Assembly (NCBI GenBank): GCA_965603825.1
Contig: CBFDEM010000037.1
Coordinates: 62,001 to 126,000, forward strand
Direction of reading: 5' to 3'
Origin: Blepharisma stoltei ATCC 30299
Taxonomy: Eukaryota > Protista > Ciliophora
DNA: 64,000 bases
A model generated the notes under the pieces. The model did no database searches and was not told where the DNA came from. It worked only from the letters and a program-made list of their open reading frames with translations. The first letter of the stretch is position 1. Each line of letters starts with the position of its first letter. This document shows, one piece after another, positions 1 to 9,434 of the stretch. The position numbers and the translations under genes are program-made.

Positions 1-3000
1 CTCAAACCGGAGTCTGCTCATGTGCTGACGGCCAATACTTTAACTCTACCCTTTCCAAATGCACAACTTGCAATGGTCTCTGCGACACCTGCTCCTCATA
101 CTCAACCTGCATAACTTGTGTTGATAAGACAAACCCAATCTCCAATGGTGTATGCACATGTGCAAACGGATACTATGCCTTAGATAAACAATGTGTTAAG
201 TGTCCTTCCCCATGCTCAACTTGTTCCAGCGCCACAGTATGTACTGGTTGTAAGAAACACGCAACTCTAAATAACTCAAGCAAAAAATGCACTTGTGACA
301 GAGGCTATGGCCTTAATAGCACTGATACTTCTGGATATTGTGTTGCTACTTGTAATAAGCTTTGCACTGTTTGTGACATTGATAATGCCAATCTTTGCTC
401 TAGTTGTGTGACAAATGCTGAGCTTACAGGAACAGCTTGTGCTTGTACTGCTAATTCTGCATATAGTAGTGCAGCTGGAGGGTGCGCTTGCAATGCAGGG
501 TATACTTTGTCAAATAGTAAGTGTGTGGTATGCAAGAGGTATCTTGCACCAAGTGACTTATTGTCTGCTGAATTCAGCTCGTCGTGGACGTCAATTTCTA
601 TTAATTTCAATACAAAGGTGGACACCTCAGTTGACCCGTCCTGCTCGAAAACTTTCACCGCAGCAACAGTAGCCTTGTTTGGAACTGGTGCAGTTTGCTC
701 ATGGACTGATAAAAAGACACTCAAAATAGCGTTAGGCACTGGCTTTTCACTGAGGTATAGCACTCTTTATTTGGATGGGACTTATATTCTGAAAGATTCT
801 ACTGATCCTTGCACTACTAACTATCAGCCTCTTTCGCTGAATCCAACAGCTACATCTAGTCCTGTTCCAGCAGCAGTTATAACTGGCCAATCCAGCTTTA
901 CTTTAGGCTGCGGATCTGATCCTCTTACATTCTCTGGTGACAAATCTACAGGATCTCTAGGAAATAATTTATCTTACCTCTGGGCCGTTACTTCAATATC
1001 TCCAGCTAACTCCAAAGTATCGGACGCCATCAATAAGAAAGCAACTGCTTCAATTTCTATAGACCGTTCCTACTTTGACTCAACTACCACGACTACAGTG
1101 ACTGTCAGTTTAACAGTGACCAATTTCTTGACCATTTCAAACACTGCTTCCTTTACAACCACAGTCACTGGTGGAAATGCATTGACAGTAATATTTGACC
1201 AAGGCAATACAGTCTCTATGAAATCTTCAACGTCTAAAACACTTAAAGCAAAAGTCACTTCTCTCTGTGGAACAACTACTGGAACTATCACTTGGGCATG
1301 GAGCTACGACAGCGGGCCGACAATAGACTCTGCCTCAATTCTTGCTAACGCAAATGCAGATAAGCTAACTATTAATGCGAATGCTTTGGCAGCAAGCTCT
1401 ACTCCATATGTATTTAAAGCAACTGCTTCACAAGTCAGCAATGGGTCGACAATTACAGGAAGTGCCACTATTTCAGTTACAGTAACCGCTTCACCATTAA
1501 GTGTTGGGCTATCTAAAACAAGTGGAGATGTTTCTCCTGACAGAGACTATACTGTTAACGCCCAAAATTCAAAAGACCCTGACAATCCTAGCTCGACTTA
1601 CAACGATTTCAAATATAAGTGGACTTGTTTGAATAGCTTAGATAACAGTGCATGTGTAGGAGCTGATGGCAAGACTCCTTTGAGTAGCGATACTGACTCC
1701 ACTTTGACTATTCCTTCATCACAAATGGTTAAAGGAGCCCAATGGGAGATTACTTGCACTATATCTAAAGACACAAGAACCGCATCTGCTACAATATCTC
1801 TAAATATTCTGAGCAAGACATCTGACGTCTCAATTGAAATTGAATACAAAGTCGAAAAGTTTAGCCTATCCTCGAATATTGTGATAACTGCTCAAGTCAC
1901 AGCTGCTTCTACAGCTACTTTGAAATGGACTGAAAATTCAGGATCAATCAGCATTTCTCCTAACTATTTGTCTACAATGTCTGTGCCTTCTAGTCAGCTA
2001 ATTGCAGGCTCGACCTATACATTTACCCTTACAATTACATCTAATGATGTTAGCATAACCGTTGAATATCCAGTCACCCTTAATCTTGGTGCAGTTTGTA
2101 CCAAAGATCCTAGTATAAGTCCAGATACTGGCACAGCAATCACTACAATATTTAAGCTAAGCATTGAGGACTGCTATGATAAAGACGAAGAAGACTACCC
2201 ATTATCATACACTTACTTAGACTACTCCAACAATAAAGCATACACTCTTGGCTACACCTCAGAAATTAATTCGCTCTCCACATACCTTTTCCCTCAGAAG
2301 AATACCATCACCATTCGTGTTTGTGATTACTTGAAGACTTGCAATGACTATAAGAAAGATGTCACAATTGGAAACTTTAATAGCAGGCGTTTAGAAACAA
2401 GCTCTTTAATGGATTCTTATAAAGAAAGCACGGTTGACGTTGATAATGTGCCTTCTACCATTTCGCTATTTTGCAGCTCAGCGACTATTGATAGTGATCT
2501 ATTCTCCCTTATGTGGACTGATTTGCAGAATTATATTTCCAGCAATGAGGTGAATAATGATGTATTGGAAAATGCATTAGGTGCAACTTACTCAATGACA
2601 GGCCAGACAGAACAGATGAGTGTAGACATGTTCCAGACATTTGCTTTATGGCTTTCTAAAATCATTGTGGATAACTCTGATCTTGTGCCAAGCCAAGATA
2701 ACATGAATACTATAGTGGCTCTTGCTGATAATTATTTGGCATATGGAAACATGACTGAGTTTTCTAGTCTGTCTCTTGAAGGATATATTATGAACATTGA
2801 TACATTCCTGACATATTGGGAAATAGCAGCTACTAAGGATGATTTGGTAACTCAAGGAGCTATGGATGGATCTCAAAACACTGATATAACTAAAATTTAT
2901 AAGTACAGAGACTTCCCGACCGCGATGGCCAATCAAACAGTCCCGCTCTCCAACAACCGCACTATTTCTATGCCTACAAAATTCAGCTATTCTGACACTG

Positions 3001-4325
3001 ACATCATGAATATTAAATTGCACTATTTCAACACCTCAAACGACTATTCTGACCTTGTTATGCTGAGCTTTGCACAGTCAGGAACTTATGAGAACTTAAA
3101 ACTTGAAACTACAAACGAGACGTATGTGCCATTCTCTACCACTGATTATCCAGTTATCTTGGAAATGCCGATATCTCAGAATATCACTGAAGAGTATGAA
3201 TGGACTTGCTTGTTCTATAATGAGACTAGTAAGGCATGGCTTCATGATGGCTGCACTGTAACTGAAATCAAAAATGATAGCGTTGTATTTGAAGTCTATC
3301 ACTTCTCTATGTTCAAGCTTGGACAAGCTGAACCCCAAGCTCCACCGAATCCATATCCTCAACCTTCTGGGCCTTCTTGTGGCGATAACTACGCTCCACT
3401 TTATATTCTGGTCGTCGTCCTCTTCATTTCTATGATTTTGGCTCCAATTATGATTATATATGATAGGCTTGAAAAGGTAGGAAAGACCGTGGAAGAAACT
3501 CCTCATCCTGCTCATGCTCCAAGACCTACTGAGCGAGCCTTGATGTCGCCTTCTACTGATGGCTTTGAAACTGAACAAAGAACCACAAGGCACTTCTTCA
3601 CAGGTGCTCAGCCTTCAGATTCAATCGAGCTCGCTGAAGGAGAAGAAATTGTTGAAGCATCAGAGCAAAGGAGTTCCGACAACGACAGTGACGAAATTGT
3701 AGACTCAGTAAACATTGATTTGACTGAAAACTCATATGCTCAGCCAGTTGCAACTGAAACTGAAGTAGAGAAACCTGAAGATGAGTCTAAGACAGAGCTT
3801 GCTGAATTGATTGAAGGACATTTGATATTTGGTTTGGTTTACTTCAGAAGCAACTTCTCAAGATGGGCTAGGCTATTCACGCTGACAACAATCATTATAT
3901 TTGAACTTTTACTTGAAGGATTGTTGCTATTTGGATTTGAAAACACTGACTCAGGATCCTCAGCATCCACTGAAACACTGTTCAATGACTATGAAGCTAA
4001 GTACTTCGGGTATACTATTTTGGCTCTTGCCATTGCAATTCCTATAGAAATTTTCATGATAATTGCGTTGAGTATTGATAGAACTAAAGCTCCAGCTTGG
4101 ACAGCTGCTGCAGTTGCACTAGGTATTACTATCATTATTGGCTCTATAATTGGAATTGTTATGCTTAGCTTCTCGTTCTGCTTCGAGTGGAGTGGATACT
4201 GGGCTATTTGCTTCCTCTATGGAATCTTGATACAGATATTCATATTTGAGACCTTCTACATGATTGTGAGATATTTTATTCTCCAAATGGTTCCACAGGT
4301 GGAAGAAACCAAGACTAAGGCTTAA
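1..4325 (+). CDS. Giant Cys-rich REJ/GPS 5-TM polycystin-1-like surface receptor, copy 1 (5'-partial)
   Basis: The frame is open from base 3 (QTGVCSC...) to TAA at 4323-4325. It encodes the last furin-like repeats, a Ser/Thr-rich REJ-like region, a GPS motif (CLFYNETSKAWLHDGC...YHFSMF, 3207-3314) and five hydrophobic helices. It is nearly identical to the ends of copies 2 and 3. Confidence 0.9.
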   Translation, partial: QTGVCSCADGQYFNSTLSKCTTCNGLCDTCSSYSTCITCVDKTNPISNGVCTCANGYYALDKQCVKCPSPCSTCSSATVCTGCKKHATLNNSSKKCTCDRGYGLNSTDTSGYCVATCNKLCTVCDIDNANLCSSCVTNAELTGTACACTANSAYSSAAGGCACNAGYTLSNSKCVVCKRYLAPSDLLSAEFSSSWTSISINFNTKVDTSVDPSCSKTFTAATVALFGTGAVCSWTDKKTLKIALGTGFSLRYSTLYLDGTYILKDSTDPCTTNYQPLSLNPTATSSPVPAAVITGQSSFTLGCGSDPLTFSGDKSTGSLGNNLSYLWAVTSISPANSKVSDAINKKATASISIDRSYFDSTTTTTVTVSLTVTNFLTISNTASFTTTVTGGNALTVIFDQGNTVSMKSSTSKTLKAKVTSLCGTTTGTITWAWSYDSGPTIDSASILANANADKLTINANALAASSTPYVFKATASQVSNGSTITGSATISVTVTASPLSVGLSKTSGDVSPDRDYTVNAQNSKDPDNPSSTYNDFKYKWTCLNSLDNSACVGADGKTPLSSDTDSTLTIPSSQMVKGAQWEITCTISKDTRTASATISLNILSKTSDVSIEIEYKVEKFSLSSNIVITAQVTAASTATLKWTENSGSISISPNYLSTMSVPSSQLIAGSTYTFTLTITSNDVSITVEYPVTLNLGAVCTKDPSISPDTGTAITTIFKLSIEDCYDKDEEDYPLSYTYLDYSNNKAYTLGYTSEINSLSTYLFPQKNTITIRVCDYLKTCNDYKKDVTIGNFNSRRLETSSLMDSYKESTVDVDNVPSTISLFCSSATIDSDLFSLMWTDLQNYISSNEVNNDVLENALGATYSMTGQTEQMSVDMFQTFALWLSKIIVDNSDLVPSQDNMNTIVALADNYLAYGNMTEFSSLSLEGYIMNIDTFLTYWEIAATKDDLVTQGAMDGSQNTDITKIYKYRDFPTAMANQTVPLSNNRTISMPTKFSYSDTDIMNIKLHYFNTSNDYSDLVMLSFAQSGTYENLKLETTNETYVPFSTTDYPVILEMPISQNITEEYEWTCLFYNETSKAWLHDGCTVTEIKNDSVVFEVYHFSMFKLGQAEPQAPPNPYPQPSGPSCGDNYAPLYILVVVLFISMILAPIMIIYDRLEKVGKTVEETPHPAHAPRPTERALMSPSTDGFETEQRTTRHFFTGAQPSDSIELAEGEEIVEASEQRSSDNDSDEIVDSVNIDLTENSYAQPVATETEVEKPEDESKTELAELIEGHLIFGLVYFRSNFSRWARLFTLTTIIIFELLLEGLLLFGFENTDSGSSASTETLFNDYEAKYFGYTILALAIAIPIEIFMIIALSIDRTKAPAWTAAAVALGITIIIGSIIGIVMLSFSFCFEWSGYWAICFLYGILIQIFIFETFYMIVRYFILQMVPQVEETKTKA

Positions 4326-4800
4326 ATAACCTTTTCTATTAAACTCTTGTTTTTAATAAATAATAATTATAAATTCTTCTATTTTAAATCTAATAAAAAT
4401 AACTCATATTTAAGTAAATTTACAAGAGATTATTTGTTTGTCTAAAGTAATTTGATAAAATCTCGAAGCTTATTAATATTTTATAACTAAAATTTGCATT
4501 TAAAGAGAGGTATAACTTTTACTATTCAGCAACGCTAGTCAGGATTATTGCCCCTCTGAAATTTTTATGCATAATTATTGATAATAGAGAAAAAAGTCAT
4601 CAAATATATAAATATTAAAATTTTTGTTTTCTCATATACTAAAATCTAAAGCAATATTATACATGAAAATTATAAAAAATTGATTTATTTGCCTTCAATC
4701 ATAAGGTGAATATTTTTAAATGCATCAAATCCTCACTATATAGTGTAGAAAGAATTATTTTTTATTTTTATTTCTAAAGATAAATGTTAAAGTCAATGTT

Positions 4801-7347
4801 TTATATGCCTTGCTGAAACATAAATGGCCTATAGCATTTGCATTCTTGGATGCTAAATTTATTCTTTTCTATTTTCTGGATAGCTTTGCCTGGCAAACTG
4901 TTATTAAGCTCAAGAAATTGTATCGCCCTTTTGATAATGTTGGAAATTTGAGCTTTAACTGTTTCATTAATCCCTCTATTATTTTCATTTGGAACCGAAT
5001 TTTTAATAGAATTTTTGAATTCCTGGTATTCCTCTTTAGAAATAAAACTATTATCCGGCAATTCAAAAAACTTTTTAATCAATTCAATCCAATCTTGATT
5101 TAATGTGTCAATAGTGCATTTATATCTTTCCTCAAAGGAGATTTCATGTGATTCAATACTTATTTCACCTGCTTGGTTATCTTTTATCAAATCATATGCC
5201 GCACGAAGATCCTCCAGCGCTTGCACTTCAAATCCTATATCATTGAGAAGGCTAGCCCTATAACAAAGATACAGAGGGTTAGTAGCTTTACTTCATACTG
5301 CTTCATTATAGCAATCTATTGCGTCATAGTACTTTCCTAATCTGGAAAGAGCATGCCCTTTATTATTCCAAATAAAAGCATGTCTCTCAAAAAGTTTAAT
5401 TGCCTCGTCATAACATACTATTGCATCTGAAAATTTCCCCATATCGCAAAGAGCATTAGCTTTATTAAAGTAAGCTAAAATCTTGCCAGTTTTGGATATT
5501 GCTATATTTTTATTACTTTCTATTAATTTAGCTTTTCTCTTTGACCTTAACGGCTTTTTAGGTTTTTCCTCAAGCAATTTGTCGTAGCATTCAATTGCTT
5601 CATCATTTCTCCCCAATTCATAAAGTGCGCATCCTTTATTATAGTAAATTTCATCGTCTGTAGGGTCAAGTATAATTGCATTATTATAGCACTCTATTGC
5701 TTCCTCATTTCTATCCAAATCATAAAGGGCACGCCCTTTTTTGCTATAAAGTTTAAATGCATCTCGAGGATTGAGTGCTAGTTTTTTGTTGTAGCGTTCT
5801 ATTTTTTCAAGCCTTCTGCACAAATCATAAAGTCCGTATCCTTTATTAATATAATCTGCTGCTTCATCAGGACTGAGTTTATAGGTTCTATCACAGCACT
5901 TTATTGTTTCGAGCTTGGTATCTGACCTTTTAAGAGCAACATGCTTATTATAGCAAGCAATTTCAATAAGAACTTTTCGATCTAAGTCAAATTTTAAATA
6001 TTCTCTTCCAGAGCCGCTATCAATAGCTGAGATATAAATCCCTCCTTTATTATATGAACAATATGTGAGAAAAGGATTAAAATTTATATTTGACTCTGCA
6101 ACTCGACTTCAGGTAGTGTAGCTTGAGATTTTACTCTCATAGATTCATCCACCTTCAAATTCAATCAAATACAGTCTCTCTTCTGTATTTACTAACACAT
6201 TTGTTTTGTTTCCATAAAACGGAAGAGGAATATCTGAGAATGAGTCAATATCAATTGAGTAAAGTAAAAGATAGTTTGGATTATGAGTAAAATTTATGGA
6301 AATTAAAATATTTCCATTAAAAATTATGCAATGACAGCAGTTGTCATATACTCTTTTTATAGTTAATTCACGCCATATGTTTAAATCCATATCATATCTA
6401 CTAGATATAAAATCGTATCCCCCAAAGCAATAGACACTCCTGTTGAAATAGACAGCAACAGCGTAGCCATGGGGCTTCTGATATGGCAATAAGCGGACTT
6501 TATAATTTCTATCAACTATAAAGGCACTGAAAGCATGCTTTTCTGATTCATATGTACCAAATAGCTCACCATTTGGAAGCTGAGCAATGCAATGTATTTT
6601 ATCTAATTTTCATTGGTATCTAAAGTCTTTCATATCTTCTCTTTCATTTTCAGTGTCATAAATAAACAGCTTAGTTTTTTCATTACTTTCACCTATAAGA
6701 TAGAGAGATGCGTTCTGATGATAAGAGTTGACAAAACCTTGATAAGCTTGGCTGAATAAAAAACCATAGGCATGATTCTCATATAATAAGCAATTTTTCC
6801 TGAAATTTTGCTCTGCTTTTGCGCTATTGGGTTTACTTAATAAGGAAATTCTTTTTGATTGCAATTCATTTAAAGAGCAAATATACTTAAAGCTGGTATA
6901 ATGTTCTAAGTCATCTGGAATTGTTGCTCTTGCGATCTTAAAATCATCATAAGGCTGTAAAAGCATGAGATCAGAAATGGGGGCTTCTTGTTTTGAAGTA
7001 TTTGATATCTTTGCAATTGATTCATTTATTTCTTCTAAATCAGTATTTAGCTTTGATAAAGTTTCTTCAACACTCTTTTTTGAGCTATAAAGATTTACTC
7101 TAAAAGAACCCAGGACAACCTTCTTAAGTTTCTCTTTCTTAGACTTTTCTCTTGAAAGGAATCTAAGAATTGCATCTTTAGTTCGTTTGCAAGGCTCTAC
7201 ATAAATAAAATCAAAGGCATGAGCTCTGCATGGGAGTTTGAGATGATCTCCAAGATGGATCTCGCAGCAGTAAGTTTCAGGAGATGAACAACAGCAAACA
7301 ATTTGAGGTTCAAGTTCACAGCCTAGTTTAAAGCATAGGTGCGCCAT
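4801..7347 (-). CDS. 848-aa protein: N-terminal Cys/His (B-box-like) Zn-binding motif, coiled coil, Kelch-like propeller, TPR repeats (TGA=Trp)
   Basis: Track ORFs 6610-7359, 6145-6489, 5293-5823 and 4801-5226 are all in one frame. They are interrupted only by TGA at 6610-12, 6145-47, 6109-11 and 5293-95. Hand translation of the gaps gives continuous protein (..HCIAQLPNGELF.., ..EGGWIYES..YTTWSRV.., ..YNEAVWSKATNPLYLCYRASLL..). ATG is at 7347 and TAA at 4801-03. Confidence 0.85.
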
Positions 7348-8453
7348 TATATTAATCACAATTAGAAGCCCCCCAATTTTAATTTAACTGATATTCCTAA
7401 CATTCAGGCATTAAGTTTATATTGATATCATTTTAGCTAACAGATTCTATTGTTTTAGATCTCTTAAATTGAGCTTTAAGCTCTTCAAAAACTTAGCTAA
7501 TCTAAATCAAAGCTCTGCTTTATAATACTATCAGCTTTTTTCTATTGAATTCATTAAGCCTCTTTGCAGCAAATGGGCTAATCAGAGGAAAAATTGAGGC
7601 AAGGCTCAACAAGATCTAAATAGTGCAAATCTTTTAGTTAGAGAGGGTTCCAGATATAATGAAATCTGGCAAGCTCCTTAGGGTTGGCTAGAACGGCTCC
7701 GAAGTTGGAAATAATATTACCCAGAATAATAGAATGCGAACTACTGAAAACCCTGGGGTTTCAGATTAGGCTCTAAAAGCCTTGGATAAAACCACTCCTC
7801 AGCGTCCCCATAGCTGGATTGCTCTGGAGTAGGCACGCCCTAAAATAGCATATCACCAACTTATTCTATCAAAAAAGTTAAATTTCTTCAAGAAAATAAA
7901 AATTAAAGAATAGTCATAGCTTAGGATTGCTTATGACTTGACTCTCATAAGATTTCCAACTCATAGAGAAACTTATATTTAAAATTTTTTTTTGGGCTTT
8001 ACATATTTAAATATGTAAATACTTGAAACAATAAATTATAAAATATATTTTAGATTGCAATTTATAATTTTTTACTTTCCTAATTATTTTCAATTTAGCA
8101 GGTGAACACACTCAAGATTCAGAATTGAAGAAGCTTAAGAAATTTTTAAAACTTTTGTAGAAAAGAAAACTGTAATTTTAAATTGCTGATTGCAGTCGGA
8201 AAATCATGCAGAATTCCTAGATCATGGTGTTTATTCGTCGACTTATACTGGAAAGTCTTATGGCCATATTAAACTTTAATCTTAGATTTTTTATAAATGC
8301 AATTCTTAATAAATAATTTAGTGCTTAACTTAATTATGATTTTAGTCAGATATATGCTTTCTTATATCTATGATCAATTAGTAGGCTCAAATTGTTCTAA
8401 AAGCTGCTATTTTTTCGCAATATCATTTGCCTTTATAAGCTTTATCAAGTAAA

Positions 8454-8884
8454 ATGGCATTGTGCACAGTTACGCAACGTCAAAATATTCAAGTTAAAAT
8501 GCCTCAAAAGAAGATCAAAAGCGTTAAAAATATGAAAAAAAGAAAAATGCCTAAAAAATTTATAAAAAACTTCCACCCTCGCAGAGGATGAAAGATAAGT
8601 TTGTGGCGCAAAGTGAGATGAGAGTATAATGGATGAAACTCATCAGATTTTATGGATTTCGATTTTCAACCCAGCTTTGGAAAAATGTTGACAACCAGAT
8701 TGAAGAATCTAGAAAAAAAATAGAAGATAATAAGGTTTTAGAGCAAAAATTGACAGAAATAAAAGAGTCTAATAAAGAAAAGAAAATTTATATTGCAAAA
8801 AATATAGCAAGCGATGGAAAATCTGGTTGTTTTAAGTTGTCAAGCATTGAAGATGCTATGCTGAAAGCAATGATTAAATTATAA
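8454..8884 (+). pseudogene. Small basic Trp-motif gene, paralog A (1-nt frameshift in an A-run; pseudogene or homopolymer error)
   Basis: With TGA=W it reads MALCTVTQRQNIQVKMPQKK...NFHPRRGWKISLWRKVRWEYNGWNSSDFMDF. There are 5 A's at 8681-85 versus 6 in the duplicate (33728-33). Restoring one A joins it to the ...LSSIEDAMLKAMIKL-TAA end, which is homologous to paralog B. Confidence 0.6.
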
Positions 8885-8990
8885 TTTTAGACTAGGAGAT
8901 TAGTAATTTTCTTTCTATTATAAGCCAATTTTCAGTTTAATTATGTCACCATTGGAAAGACATATTAAAAAATTTCATAATAAAAATTAA

Positions 8991-9434
8991 ATGACATTTT
9001 GGATAGCAACAGAAAGTAAAAATATTTATGCTTCAGAGCCTAAAAAGAAGCCTAAAGCTGTAAAAAATATGAAAAAGAGAAAAACTCCAAAGAAATTGGT
9101 GAGAAACTTCCATCCCCGTTGTAGAGGATGAAGGGTAAGTCATTGGCGCAAAATGAGATGGGAGTATAATGGATGAGACTCATCACAATTTATGGATTTC
9201 CCTTCTCACTTAAGCTACGGGGAAAATGCTGAAAAAGAAATTAAAAACGCCCGAGCAAAAATAGAAGAAAATAAGGATTTGGAGCAAAAACTTACAGAAA
9301 TAAAAGAGTCTAATAAAGAAAAGAAACTTGATAAGGCAAAAAAATATAAAAGGCGAGGAGAATATTTAGATGTTTATAAGTTTAAGCTGTCAACCATTGA
9401 AGATGCTATGCTGGAAATATTGTCAAAGATATAA
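8991..9434 (+). CDS. 147-aa small Lys-rich protein with a Trp-rich motif and C-terminal coiled coil, paralog B (unknown function, TGA=Trp)
   Basis: ATG 8991 is in frame with track ORF 9192-9434 through TGA at 9129 and 9174: MTFWIATESKNIYASEPKKKPK...NFHPRCRGWRVSHWRKMRWEYNGWDSSQFMDF...LEILSKI-TAA. It is a tandem paralog of 8454-8884. Confidence 0.65.

Noticed and set aside
3207-4325. Adhesion GPCR (7TM)
   Set aside because: Only five hydrophobic helices are evident, with a long loop after TM1 and a PKD1-like FSRxxR motif rather than a secretin-like 7TM bundle.
7744-7764. Imperfect palindrome CTGAAAACCCTGGGGTTTCAG, or a telomere-like C/G run
   Set aside because: It is a single short instance, altered in the second spacer, and there is no tandem telomeric repeat.
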